A DNA stretch of 63,885 nt, the filler included, from Thermodesulfobacteriota bacterium (lineage in GTDB: Bacteria; DASVDK01), in the NCBI GenBank assembly GCA_036381125.1. It is 7 parts of 7 records of this genome, joined end to end, with 100 filler letters (N's around TTAATTAATTAA, not from the genome) between each part and the next. Parts side by side here need not be neighbours in the genome. Positions count along the whole stretch, not along the records: positions 23,146 to 35,472 come from DASVDK010000003.1; positions 35,573 to 38,255 come from DASVDK010000004.1; positions 38,356 to 58,680 come from DASVDK010000005.1; 4 more parts are not named here. One strand, given 5' to 3'. A program made the position numbers and the translations under genes. The notes beneath the pieces are model-generated. The model was not told the origin of the DNA. It ran no database searches and saw only the letters and a program-made list of their open reading frames with translations. Shown here one piece after another: positions 30,127 through 39,998 of the stretch (the stretch's first letter is position 1; the number at the start of each line of letters is the position of its first letter).

Positions 30127-31389
30127 CTAGAGGCGTGCGGTCGCTCGTGCACCGACGACGGGCACTGCGCGGAAGTACCGGTAGCCGCCCCCGCCGCGCC
30201 ACCCGACCTCCTCGCCGATGCCGCCCCGGTCGGTCCCGTCGATCACCTGCCGCATGCGGGGGACGATGTGCGTGTCGCATTGCGGCCCGATCTCGATCAT
30301 GACCCATCGCCGGCCGAGCTTGTGCGCCACGGCGCCGGTCGTGCCCGAGCCGGCGAAGGGGTCGAGGACCAGGTCGCCCGGCCGCGTGACGGCCCGTACC
30401 AGGAGGCCGATGAGCGATTCGGGCTTCGGGTAGTGGAAGGCGGCCTCGCCGAAGAGCCGGCGGCTCTCCTCGGTGGCGTCCTCGTACGTGCCGACCGGAT
30501 AGTGCGCGGCGCTGAGGAGGTTCTTGAGCTTCTTCGGCGCGCCGCCAGCGCGCACGTGGTTCGGGCGGAAGGGGGCCCGGCTGATGGTGATGCGGTCGCC
30601 CGCGGCGAGGCAGCGGTCGAGCGTCGCCTGGGTGTAACGCCACTCCCCCTCGAGGCGGAAGGGGCCGACGTTGCGGTGGTCGCGCACCTCCACCCGGTCG
30701 AGGAGGCGCGTCACGACCCGCCCCTCCGACATGTCCTGCGGCTCGAAGACCTGGTCGGCGCAGCCGAAGTGCACGGCGCCGGCCGGGAAGGCGAGCACGC
30801 CGAGCGGGTTGCCGGCGTTGTTGAGCGGGTACTTCTTGCCGCGGGTCGTCGTGCCGCCGACGAAGGGGGGCGCCGCCTCGCGGCGCCCGGCGTAGGCGAG
30901 GATCGTCTCGGTGACGCCGCCGACGCGGCCGTCGAGGAAGGACGGTTTGCGCTTCTTCTCCCAGACGAGGGGCCCGCACGCGTTGCGGCGGCCGAAGACC
31001 TCGTCCATGAGGAGGGTCATGTACGCGGCCTGCGCGTCGTCGATCGACACGAAGACGACGCCGCTGTCGGCGAGCAGCGGCCGGAGGCGGACGAGGTGGG
31101 CGTACATGAAGCCGAGCCACTCGGCGTCGTCCGCGTCGTCGTCGTAGTGGCTCACCCCGGCGCGCGTGTTGTACGGGGGATCGAGGTAGGCGCACTGCAC
31201 GCGGCCGGCGAGGTCGGCCCGGAGCGCCTCGAGGACCGGCAGGTTGTCGCCGTGGACGAGCCGGTTGTCGGCCGGCCCCCCGTCCGCGGCGGCGCGGCCG
31301 AGCGCCGGCACCTCGACGAGCGAGACCGGCGGCACGTGGGGCGGGACCTTCTTGCCGGGCCAGACCAGCTCGGGCGCAGGCCTCCGCAT
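30127..31389 (-). CDS. orphan type III Mod-like DNA methyltransferase
   Basis: L.WPGK, HGDNL, YLDPPYNT, SIDD, PKPE.L, DPFAGSGTT, W.GGGG.RYF. Confidence 0.88.
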   Translation of the reverse strand: MRRPAPELVWPGKKVPPHVPPVSLVEVPALGRAAADGGPADNRLVHGDNLPVLEALRADLAGRVQCAYLDPPYNTRAGVSHYDDDADDAEWLGFMYAHLVRLRPLLADSGVVFVSIDDAQAAYMTLLMDEVFGRRNACGPLVWEKKRKPSFLDGRVGGVTETILAYAGRREAAPPFVGGTTTRGKKYPLNNAGNPLGVLAFPAGAVHFGCADQVFEPQDMSEGRVVTRLLDRVEVRDHRNVGPFRLEGEWRYTQATLDRCLAAGDRITISRAPFRPNHVRAGGAPKKLKNLLSAAHYPVGTYEDATEESRRLFGEAAFHYPKPESLIGLLVRAVTRPGDLVLDPFAGSGTTGAVAHKLGRRWVMIEIGPQCDTHIVPRMRQVIDGTDRGGIGEEVGWRGGGGYRYFRAVPVVGARATARL

Positions 31390-31564
31390 GGCGCAGAGAA
31401 TAGCGCTACGCTCGCTGCCGTCGGCCCCGCGGCCGTGCGGATGCTCCGCCCGACGGAGGCGCGGCCGGGACCGGCCGAGGTCCGCCGCGAGGCCGAGGCC
31501 TGCGGCACCGGGTGGACGGCGTCCATCTGGCAGCCGGCGCCGCGGGCCGGTATGATCGCTTCCC

Positions 31565-32335
31565 ATGCATCCGTTCTTCGATCTGACCGGCAAGGTGGCG
31601 CTCGTGACCGGCGGGGGTGGGGCCATCGGCGGCGCCTCGGCCCGCGCCCTGGCCCGGGCGGGCGCGGACGTGATCGTCTCCGATCTCAGGCCCGAGGCGG
31701 CCGAGGCCGTGGCCGCGCAGATCCGCGAAATCGGCCGCCGCAGCGACGTGCTCGTCGGTGACGCCGCCGACTACGACGTGGTCGGCGGCCTCGCGAGCAC
31801 GGCGCTCGAGCGGTTCGGCCGCGTCGACATCCTCGTGAACGTCGCGGGGGGCGGAGACCCGCGCTGGTTCCACGAGATGACCCACCGGGACTTCGACAAG
31901 GTGGTCCGGCACAACCTCAAGTCCGCCTGGAACTGGTGCCACCACCTGGTGCCGCAGATGCGGACGCGCGACGGCCAGCGGATCATCAACATGGCCTCGA
32001 TCTCCGCCAAGCACGGCGGCGGCCCGCCGGCCACGGTGAGCAAGTCGGCCTACGCGGCCGCCAAGGCCGGCGTCATCGGCCTCACCAAGGGGCTCGCCAA
32101 GGAGCTGGCGCCGCGCATCACGGTCAACGCCGTGTGCCCCGGCCTCATCCAGACGCCGAGGACGGCCGGGATCTGGAACGGTCCCCTCATCGGCGAGATC
32201 CTCACGACGATCCCCATGGGCCGCGTGGGACAGCCGGACGACGTCGCGGCCGCGGTCCTCTTCTTCGCGTCGCCGGGCGCCGGCTGGATCACCGGCGAAA
32301 GCATGGACATCAACGGCGGGCAGTACATCGACTGA
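31565..32335 (+). CDS. SDR-family oxidoreductase
   Basis: TGGGGAIG, NVAG, YAAAK, VNAVCPG. Confidence 0.93.
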   Translation: MHPFFDLTGKVALVTGGGGAIGGASARALARAGADVIVSDLRPEAAEAVAAQIREIGRRSDVLVGDAADYDVVGGLASTALERFGRVDILVNVAGGGDPRWFHEMTHRDFDKVVRHNLKSAWNWCHHLVPQMRTRDGQRIINMASISAKHGGGPPATVSKSAYAAAKAGVIGLTKGLAKELAPRITVNAVCPGLIQTPRTAGIWNGPLIGEILTTIPMGRVGQPDDVAAAVLFFASPGAGWITGESMDINGGQYID

Positions 32336-32353
32336 CGTTCCGGGAGAGATGCC

Positions 32354-33931
32354 ATGAGCCTCCGTCTCGTCCTCGCGGCGCTCGCGGCCGCGATCCTCCT
32401 CGCACCGGGCGCCGCCTTCGCGCAGAAGACGGGCGGCACCCTCACGATCGGCCGGCCGAGCGACGCGATTTCGCTCGACCCCCAGAAGGCGACGACCGCG
32501 CCCGAGGTCTGGGTCTACAACAACATCTTCGAGACCCTGGTCGCGCTCGACGAGAACATGAAGATCGTGCCGATGCTCGCCGAGCGGTGGGAGCGGGTGA
32601 GCCCGACGGCGATGCGCTTCCACCTGCGCAAGGGGGTCAGGTTCCACGACGGCACCCCCTTCAACGCGCAGGCGGTCAAGTTCACGATCGAGCGGGTCAT
32701 CGACCCGAAGTCGCCCGCGCGCGGCCGCGCCTGGCTCGGGCCGGTGAGCGGCGCCAGGGTGGTCGACGAGCACACCGTCGACATCCTCACCGCCTCGCCC
32801 TTCGGCCCGCTCCTCAACCACCTCACGATGGTCTTCGTCGTCGGGATCGTGAGCCCCACGGCCGTCGAGAAGCACGGCGACGCCTTCGGCCGCAACCCGG
32901 TCGGCACGGGGCCGTTCCGGTTCGAGGAGTGGCGGAGCAACCAGTCCATCACGCTCGTCCGCAACGACGACTACTGGGGCCCGAAGGCGTACCTCGACCG
33001 GGTCGTCTTCCGCGTCATCCCGGAGGAGGGGGCGCGGATGATCGCCTACGACCGCGGCGACATCGACATGCTCCTCAGGGCGGCCCCGATCGAGATGGAG
33101 CGCCTCAAGCAGGACCGCAAGACGCTGGTCGTCGAGAACCCGGGGCTTCGCATCGTCTACATCGGCTTCAACACCGCCGCGCCGCCGATGGACGACGTGC
33201 GCGTGCGCAAGGCGGTGGCGCACTCGATCGACGTGAAGGGGATCAACGAGTACGTCGTCGAGAACGCGATGCTCCCGGCCCGCAGCGTGATCGCGCCGTC
33301 GGTATTCGGCTACAAGGACACGCAGCTCCCGGAGAAGTACGCCTACAACCCGGAGCTCGCGAAGAAGCTCTTCGCGGAGGCGGGCTACACGCCGGGTCCG
33401 GACGGCGTCCTGCAGAAGGGGGGCAAGCCGCTCGAGGTCGCCTTCTGGGCCTCCGAGGGCCGGGACCTCAAGGACCGGGAGATCGCCGAGGCGGTGCAGG
33501 CGCAGCTCACGAAGGCCGGCATCAAGGTGAACTTCCGGCGGATGGAGTTCGGCGCGTACCTCGCGGCGATCCGCAGGGAGGTGGCGGAGTACAACCTCTT
33601 CGCGCTCGGCTGGGTCACGATGACCGGAGACGGCGACTTCGGCCTCTACGCGAGCTTCCACTCGGCCAACATCCCGCCGAAGGGGACGCAGTACCCCCGC
33701 TACAGGAACCCCGAGGTCGACCGCCTGCTCGACCAGGCTCGCACGTCGCTCGATCCGGCCGTGCGCGAGGCGGCGTACGGCAAGGTGCTCGAGCACGTCA
33801 CGGACGACGTCGTCTGGATCCCGATCTACCAGACGAAGGAGTCGGTCGTCATGCGGACGTACGTGAAGGGCTACGTGGGGCACCCGGCCGAGTACTACTT
33901 GCGGCTCCGTCCCGTCTGGCTCGATCGATAG
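32354..33931 (+). CDS. peptide/glutathione-type ABC substrate-binding protein
   Basis: signal peptide; LRKGVRFHDG, PVGTGPF, NDDYWG, DVRVRKA. Confidence 0.93.
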   Translation: MSLRLVLAALAAAILLAPGAAFAQKTGGTLTIGRPSDAISLDPQKATTAPEVWVYNNIFETLVALDENMKIVPMLAERWERVSPTAMRFHLRKGVRFHDGTPFNAQAVKFTIERVIDPKSPARGRAWLGPVSGARVVDEHTVDILTASPFGPLLNHLTMVFVVGIVSPTAVEKHGDAFGRNPVGTGPFRFEEWRSNQSITLVRNDDYWGPKAYLDRVVFRVIPEEGARMIAYDRGDIDMLLRAAPIEMERLKQDRKTLVVENPGLRIVYIGFNTAAPPMDDVRVRKAVAHSIDVKGINEYVVENAMLPARSVIAPSVFGYKDTQLPEKYAYNPELAKKLFAEAGYTPGPDGVLQKGGKPLEVAFWASEGRDLKDREIAEAVQAQLTKAGIKVNFRRMEFGAYLAAIRREVAEYNLFALGWVTMTGDGDFGLYASFHSANIPPKGTQYPRYRNPEVDRLLDQARTSLDPAVREAAYGKVLEHVTDDVVWIPIYQTKESVVMRTYVKGYVGHPAEYYLRLRPVWLDR

Positions 33932-33947
33932 GCCGCGAGGGACGGCG

Positions 33948-34880
33948 GTGGCGCGCTATGTCGCGAAGCGACTCGCCTGGTCGCTCTTCGTCCTGGTCGG
34001 CGTCACCTTCGTGATCCACACCGTCATGAGCCTCGTCCCCGGGGACCCGACCGTGGTGCTCCTCGGGGACGCGGCCACCGCGGAGCAGCGGGCGGCGCTC
34101 CGCGCCGAGCTGGGCCTCGACCGGCCCTTCCTCGTGCGCTACGCGGACTACCTCGGCGGCATCGTCCGCGGCGACCTCGGGCTCTCCTACCGGAACCGGC
34201 GTCCGGTCGTCGAGGAGATCGCCGACGCGTACCCGGCCACGCTCAAGCTCTCGGCGGCCGCCATGGCGGTGACCGTCCTCCTCGGCCTGCCGGCCGGCAT
34301 CCTCTCGGCCGTCCGCCGCAACCGCATCGAGGACTACGGCATCACCGTGGTCTCCCTCCTCGGCCTGTCGATGCCGGTCTTCCTGATCGGGCTCCTCCTG
34401 ATCTACTACTTGGCGTACCGGTGGCCGATCTTCCCGGTGGGCGGGATGGACGACGGCCTGGTGAGCTACGTGCTGCCCGCCTTCACGCTCGCGCTCACGT
34501 CGATCGCCATGGTGTCGCGGATGACCCGCGCCTCGATGCTCGAGGTGCTCGGCGAGGACTTCATCCGGACGGCGCGGGCCAAGGGGCTCGCCGAGGCCCG
34601 GGTGGTGAACCGCCACGCGCTCAAGGCGGCGTTCATCCCGGTCCTCACGGTGCTCGGGCTCCAGATCGGGCTCCTCCTCGGCGGCGCGGTGATCACCGAG
34701 ACCGTGTTCGCCTGGCCCGGCATCGGGCGGCTCATGGTGGCCGGCATCCGGACGCGCGACCTCTATCTCGTCCAGGGGTGCGTCCTGGTCATGGCCGCCT
34801 CCTTCGTCCTCATCAACCTCCTCACCGACCTCGCCTACACGCTGGTCGACCCCCGGGTGCGCCATGGCGCTCGCGCGTAA
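33948..34880 (+). CDS. peptide ABC permease (DppB-like)
   Basis: PGDP, GDLG.S, TARAKGL, ETVFAWPGIG. Confidence 0.93.
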   Translation: MARYVAKRLAWSLFVLVGVTFVIHTVMSLVPGDPTVVLLGDAATAEQRAALRAELGLDRPFLVRYADYLGGIVRGDLGLSYRNRRPVVEEIADAYPATLKLSAAAMAVTVLLGLPAGILSAVRRNRIEDYGITVVSLLGLSMPVFLIGLLLIYYLAYRWPIFPVGGMDDGLVSYVLPAFTLALTSIAMVSRMTRASMLEVLGEDFIRTARAKGLAEARVVNRHALKAAFIPVLTVLGLQIGLLLGGAVITETVFAWPGIGRLMVAGIRTRDLYLVQGCVLVMAASFVLINLLTDLAYTLVDPRVRHGARA

Positions 34881-35472
34881 CCCGATGGTGGCGGCGAGCC
34901 TCGTGGTCGTCGCCGCCGTGCTGGTCATGGCGCTCTTCGCGCCGTGGCTCGCGCCGAAGGACCCGTACCTCCAGAACCTCCCCGACCGGCGGGCGGCGCC
35001 GAGCGCGGAGTACCCGCTCGGCGCGGACGAGTTCGGCCGCGACATCCTCTCGCGCGTCATCTACGGCGCCGGGATCGCCCTCCGGGTGGCCACCGTGGCG
35101 ACCGGGCTGGGCCTCGTCCTCGGCTCGGCCCTGGGGCTCGCGGCCGGCTTCCTCGGCGGCTTCGTCGACGACCTCCTCATGCGGGCGACCGACGTGCTCC
35201 TCGCCTTCCCCTACCTGCTGCTCGCCATCGCCATCGTCACGGCGCTCGGTCCGGGCGAGGCGAGCACGCAGATCGCCATCGGCTTCTGGGCGCTCCCCGC
35301 CTTCGCGCGGCTCGTCCGCGGCTCGGCCCTCGCCCTCAGGGAGAAGGAGTTCGTCGAGGCGGCGCGCGCCCAGGGGGCCGGCGCCGCGAGGATCCTCGCG
35401 CGATACATCCTGCCGAACTGCCTCTCGCCGGTCATCGTGCTGGCGACGCTCTTCGTGGCCAGGGCCATCATG
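34864..35472 (+). CDS. peptide ABC permease (DppC-like), 3' truncated
   Basis: LGADEFGRDI.SR, EFVEAARA.GA. Confidence 0.92.
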
Positions 35473-35572
35473 NNNNNNNNNNNNNNNNNNNNNNNNNNNN
35501 NNNNNNNNNNNNNNNNTTAATTAATTAANNNNNNNNNNNNNNNNNNNNNNNNNNNNNNNNNNNNNNNNNNNN
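35473..35572. other. artificial contig linker
   Basis: N-run with TTAATTAATTAA. Confidence 0.98.
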
Positions 35573-35767
35573 CTTCAGCCCGCGGTCCGGGGTGCTGGTG
35601 TCGGTGGGGGCGGGCTTCGGGGGGCCGCGGCCGGCGCCGTGAGGGTGCCCCGGGGCGGGCGTGGGGGCGCGCATCCGCCGCCGTCGGGCGCGAATCGGCG
35701 GGCGTGGGGGCACGAATCGGCGGGCGGGTGGGCGTGAGTCGACCGGCGGGCGGGACCGGATGCCGGC

Positions 35768-37051
35768 CTATCGCACGAGTGGCGAGGCGTCGATGACGTA
35801 GAGGCCGTGGACCATGTCGGAAGCGTAGAGCTTGCCGTTCTCGAAGTGGACGCCCCAGGTGTAGGGCTGCGGGACGTCGCCGAGGGCGTGGCCGACATCG
35901 CGGCCCATGCGGGCGAGGTCGCAGCGGCCGTCGGTCGACTTCTGCGCGGCGGTGCAGCTCGAGAGGTCGCCGCGCACGTCGAGGGCGCGGACGCCGGCGT
36001 TGTAGTAGGCGGCGTAGAGGATCCCGCTCGCCTCGTCCATGTGGAAGTTGTGGGTGCCGGCGCCGTCGACGTGATAGAACGCGACCTCGCGGGGCTTGGA
36101 GAAGTCGCTGACGTCGACGACGTGGATGTCGCCGGTGGCGGAGACGCCGACCTGGCCGGGCGCGTTCTCCTCGCCGACGAACGCGAAGCGCTTGGAGCCG
36201 GTGCGGGGGTCGTGGAACCACCAGACGTTGTGGACCGACGGGTGGTTGTTGTAGCTGGCGGTGCGCACGGCGCCGAGCTGGACGGGGTTGGCGACGGTGC
36301 CTCCCCGGCCGGCGCCGCCGATGTCCCAGAGGACGAGGCCGTCGTCCCAGTTCGCGGTGAAGAGGATGCCGTCGCGCACGAAGACGTCGTGCACGTACGG
36401 GTTGCCCATGGTGCGGGCGAGGATCTCGCGCGGGGCGCGCGGGTCGGTGATGTCGACGATCACGAGGGCGGCGTGGCGGCCGCCGCCGGGATCGACGGAG
36501 AGGAACGCGTAGTGGCGGTCGTTCCAGCGGGCGAGCTTGACGGTGTGCACGCCCGGATTGGTGTTGGCGGACGTGAACTTCGAGAGCTGGACCGGCCGGG
36601 CCGGGTCGCTCCGGTCGTAGATGATGATGGAGCCGCCGGCGTACTCGGTGGCGACGACGAGGAGCTTGCCGTCGTCGGAGATCTGGAGGTCGTCGAGCGT
36701 CTGGGCGCCGGGGACCTTGAGCGAATCGACGAGGGCGGGCGTGCCGGAGCGAGCATCCCAGATCTTGACGACGTCGCCGAAGTTGCCGCCGCGGGGGAAG
36801 CCGCCCCAGGTGCTGGTGTAGGCCCAGCCGTCGCGCTCGGCGACCTCGGCGGTGTAGCGTTCGGGGACGTCGCCGTTGCCGAGGACGGCGAGCGTCCTCG
36901 GCGCCGAACCGAAGGTCGAATCCCCGGAGTTCCCGGTCGGCGCCGAGTCGGCGGGTGTCGTGGGCTCGGGCGTCGTCGGCGAGCCGTCGCCGCAGGCGAG
37001 GGCGGCGAGGAGGCTGAGGAGGAGGGCGGCTCGGGGCGCGGTCGGTTTCAT
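35768..37051 (-). CDS. LVIVD-repeat beta-propeller lipoprotein
   Basis: LAC lipobox; LVIVDITDP..P, IHVVDVSD, repeated VHT/VHD/VHN/THN histidines. Confidence 0.8.
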   Translation of the reverse strand: MKPTAPRAALLLSLLAALACGDGSPTTPEPTTPADSAPTGNSGDSTFGSAPRTLAVLGNGDVPERYTAEVAERDGWAYTSTWGGFPRGGNFGDVVKIWDARSGTPALVDSLKVPGAQTLDDLQISDDGKLLVVATEYAGGSIIIYDRSDPARPVQLSKFTSANTNPGVHTVKLARWNDRHYAFLSVDPGGGRHAALVIVDITDPRAPREILARTMGNPYVHDVFVRDGILFTANWDDGLVLWDIGGAGRGGTVANPVQLGAVRTASYNNHPSVHNVWWFHDPRTGSKRFAFVGEENAPGQVGVSATGDIHVVDVSDFSKPREVAFYHVDGAGTHNFHMDEASGILYAAYYNAGVRALDVRGDLSSCTAAQKSTDGRCDLARMGRDVGHALGDVPQPYTWGVHFENGKLYASDMVHGLYVIDASPLVR

Positions 37052-37097
37052 GCGATCCGGGGTCGCGGCGGGCCGGCGTCCGGCCCGCGCGTTGGCG

Positions 37098-38255
37098 TCA
37101 GGGCATCCTCATCATGACGGGCGAGGCGGCGACGCCGTAACGTCCCATGCGGGCGGGGGCGTGGCCGGTCGCCAGGCGAGCGCCGACGGAGAGGCTCCAG
37201 AGGCGGTCCGAGCCGTACACCTCGCGGGCGTCGAAGAGCGAGCCGGGCGTGAGGCTTCGGACGCGGCCGAGCGAGATCTCCGCGAACGGCGCGACGCGGA
37301 CCGGGAACGTCCACGCGGGCTCGATCGTGACGTTGGCGGTGGCGATCTGCCAGCGGCTGCGCGCGAGGATGCTGAGGTCGGGCGCGGGGCGGGGCGAGCG
37401 GAACGGGTAGCCGCGAAGGAGTCGCTCCTCCTCGGGCCGCTCGCTGCTCTCGAGGCGGGCGGCGAGCGCGACGCTCCCGCGGCGCACGGCGGCCTCGGCG
37501 AGCAGGCTGTGGAACGCGTAGCCCCACTGGCCGGGGTGGCCGTCGCGCGTGAGCGCCCACTCGAGGTGCGCGTACGGGCTCCAATCGAGGTCGGGGCGGT
37601 CGAAGTGGACGGAGGCGCTCCACTTCGACTGGTCGAGGCCGCCGCCGGTGTCGTGCTCGGGCGACGCCACGAACGCATGGCTCGCCTGGAGCTCGAGCCC
37701 GTCCGCCGGCGCGATCGTGAGGCGAGCCGCGCGCGAGTCCCCGAAGCGGTCCAGGTTCGGCCAGTCCGTGGGCCCCGTCGGCTCGTCGCCGTCGAAGAGC
37801 GCGCCCTCGAGGATCACCGGCCCGTAGCGGAGCGCGCCGATCACGACCGCGCGCTCCAGGAGCTGCGAGAGGTGGTGGTTCGAGGGATACTTCACGAACG
37901 GCCGCATCATCGGGTCGTCCGTGCCGAACGGCACGAAGCCCTTGCCAACGGAGAGCGACGCGGCGGCCGCGTCGCGCCGGACGTTCGCGCTGAGCACGGC
38001 CTCGTGCAGGTAGGTGTGCGGGTGCCGCCGGTCGATGTATCCCTCGCCCCAGCCGCCGGCGTTGAGCTCCCCGCGCCGCAGCGTCAGCCCCTCCAGATTG
38101 AGCGTCCCCGCGAACGCGAGCAGGCCGCCGAGCGCATCCGCGTGCGCCATCAGGTTCGGCTGCGTGAGGTACGCCTCCGTCGCGCCCTCGCCCGCGACCG
38201 CCGGCGCGGCGCGCGTCAGCAGGAGGATGCCCTGCGCGGAGCCGCGGAAGCGCAC
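37098..38255 (-). CDS. probable outer-membrane beta-barrel protein, 5' truncated
   Basis: alternating amphipathic strands; DRRHPHTYLHE and NHHLSQ His motifs. Confidence 0.6.
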   Translation of the reverse strand: MRFRGSAQGILLLTRAAPAVAGEGATEAYLTQPNLMAHADALGGLLAFAGTLNLEGLTLRRGELNAGGWGEGYIDRRHPHTYLHEAVLSANVRRDAAAASLSVGKGFVPFGTDDPMMRPFVKYPSNHHLSQLLERAVVIGALRYGPVILEGALFDGDEPTGPTDWPNLDRFGDSRAARLTIAPADGLELQASHAFVASPEHDTGGGLDQSKWSASVHFDRPDLDWSPYAHLEWALTRDGHPGQWGYAFHSLLAEAAVRRGSVALAARLESSERPEEERLLRGYPFRSPRPAPDLSILARSRWQIATANVTIEPAWTFPVRVAPFAEISLGRVRSLTPGSLFDAREVYGSDRLWSLSVGARLATGHAPARMGRYGVAASPVMMRMP

Positions 38256-38355
38256 NNNNNNNNNNNNNNNNNNNNNNNNNNNNNNNNNNNNNNNNNNNNT
38301 TAATTAATTAANNNNNNNNNNNNNNNNNNNNNNNNNNNNNNNNNNNNNNNNNNNN
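38256..38355. other. artificial contig linker
   Basis: N-run with TTAATTAATTAA. Confidence 0.98.
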
Positions 38356-38493
38356 CGCACATCATGCGGTTCGGCAGCCGGGCCCTCTACCAGTACTGAC
38401 CCCTCGCCTGCCGTCCGGGCGCCGCGGCGCCCGGACGGCAGGCGAGGGGTCAGTACTGGTAGAGGGCCCGGCTGCCGAACCGCATGATGTGCG
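38356..38493. repeat. perfect 138-bp palindrome at the contig end (likely fold-back artefact)
   Basis: 38356-38424 is the exact reverse complement of 38425-38493 and duplicates the 3' end of the mtoX-like gene. Confidence 0.85.
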
Positions 38494-39760
38494 GCCGGCC
38501 GAGCTGGAGGGCGGTGAAGTCGAGGGCGAACCGGTCGCGCAGCTCCCGGCCGTCCCACGTGTAGGCCTTGAGGTACTGCTCGTTGTCCGCCCCTTTCTTG
38601 TCCCACCTGGCGAGGAGCGAACTCGTGAAGTAGAGCCGCTTGCCGTCCCAGCTCTGCGAGACCATGTTGAGCTGGGCGCCGATCCTCTTCTCGTGGATCA
38701 GCTTCGGCTCGAACGGATTCGAGACGTCGTAGGCGCGCGTGATGCCGTCCATGAACGTGTCGACCCAGAGCGTCCGGTCGTCGGCCGAGAGGCTGATCGC
38801 CACGGGCAGCGGCACCTTCGCCGGGTCGCCGATGTCGGCCACGGCCCTGGCCTGCCACTCGCCCCGCTCGTCCTCGTGGATGAGCCAGAGCTTCGAGGTG
38901 AGGGCCGTGGCCGTGAAGGCGTAGTTGCTGCGCGGGCCCCAGGCGACCCGGATCTCGAGCGGCGAGCCGGGGACGTGGAGGACCTTCTTCGGCTGCCGGG
39001 TGTGGAAGTCCCACACGGCCACCGTCTGCCCGAACCGCTTCATCGCCTCGCCGTCCTTCAGCATCTGGCCGAAGTCCATCATGTAGTTCGACCACCCGCT
39101 GAAGGAGGAGGTGAAGAGGGCGTTCTTTCGCGGCAGGACGCGCGCGTCGTAGCCGTAGCCGTCGGCGACCTTCTCGACCCGGGCGCCCCGCGGGTCCTGG
39201 TCGGTCGGCATCCAGTGCGTGGCGATGTGCGTGCCGTCGTTCGTGTACTCGACCAGCGCCGTCCGCCCGCCGTGGTCCCTGGCGTTCGAGAGGCCGCTGA
39301 TGAGCATGCGGCCCGGCAGCGCGTAGAACGCGTGCGGGCCGACGACCCCCCCGCTCCGCTCGGTGAAGTCGTGGATCACCGTGTGGAGCGTCGGCTTCGA
39401 CGGGTCGGTGTGGACGTCGAACACGAAAATCCGGCTCGTGTCGAGGCCGCCGGCCCAGAGGTACCGGCGGTCGTCCGTGAAGCCGGCGTGGTGCGCCTCG
39501 TGGCGGCCCCCCACGGAGACGGTGTGGACGACCGTCCCGAAGGTCCGCGAGCCCTCGCGGACGTCGACGGTGACGAGCTTGTCGGAGCCGTCGCCCATCC
39601 CCTCGACGCCGAGGGTCCAGACGTAGACGAACTCCTCCGAGCCGGTGATCTTCGGCAGGTACGGCGACTGGCAGGTCTCGTCGGCCCGGGCGGCGGACGG
39701 CCCGAATCCCGCGAGCCAGATCGCCGCTGCGAGCGCGGCGGTCGACCTCTTCGCTCTCAT
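38450..39760 (-). CDS. mtoX: SBP56-family protein, methanethiol oxidase-like
   Basis: signal peptide then DETCQSPY...YVWTLG..G.GDGSDKLVT, EAHH, GPHA, GYGYD, SGWSNY, MVSQSWDGKR.YFTSSLL..WDK, PH.M. Confidence 0.8.
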   Translation of the reverse strand: MRAKRSTAALAAAIWLAGFGPSAARADETCQSPYLPKITGSEEFVYVWTLGVEGMGDGSDKLVTVDVREGSRTFGTVVHTVSVGGRHEAHHAGFTDDRRYLWAGGLDTSRIFVFDVHTDPSKPTLHTVIHDFTERSGGVVGPHAFYALPGRMLISGLSNARDHGGRTALVEYTNDGTHIATHWMPTDQDPRGARVEKVADGYGYDARVLPRKNALFTSSFSGWSNYMMDFGQMLKDGEAMKRFGQTVAVWDFHTRQPKKVLHVPGSPLEIRVAWGPRSNYAFTATALTSKLWLIHEDERGEWQARAVADIGDPAKVPLPVAISLSADDRTLWVDTFMDGITRAYDVSNPFEPKLIHEKRIGAQLNMVSQSWDGKRLYFTSSLLARWDKKGADNEQYLKAYTWDGRELRDRFALDFTALQLGRPHIMRFGSRALYQY

Positions 39761-39808
39761 GTTCGCATCCTCCGTTCGGCCGCCCCGCGCGGCCGCGGCC
39801 GCCTGGTA

Positions 39809-39824
39809 CGCAACGGGGATGCCG
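39809..39824 (-). promoter_or_regulatory. sigma54 (-24/-12) promoter for the mtoX-like gene
   Basis: minus strand cGGCAT-CCCCG-TTGCg with exact spacing, about 50 nt upstream of the ATG. Confidence 0.6.
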
Positions 39825-39998
39825 AACGGAGAACCGAGCGAGGTCGCGAGCTTCGGAGCGATCCGGCGAGGTGAGCGGCGTCGAAGCTCGACAGCGTTCG
39901 ACAGCGTTCGGCGCCGCGACGGCGTCCGGCGTCGCCGTCAGCGGTGACCCGCGCGCGGCGTGTCTCCTGCTCGCGGGCGTGCGTATGATGGCGTGCGT

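Noticed and set aside
35655-35735. Short repeats (GAATCGGCGGGCG twice) as an array
   Set aside because: Only two or three degenerate GC-rich copies near a contig end.
38356-38493. Hairpin telomere or inverted gene duplication
   Set aside because: A perfect loopless palindrome ending exactly at a contig edge is typical of a fold-back or assembly artefact around a GC hairpin; reads are needed to decide.
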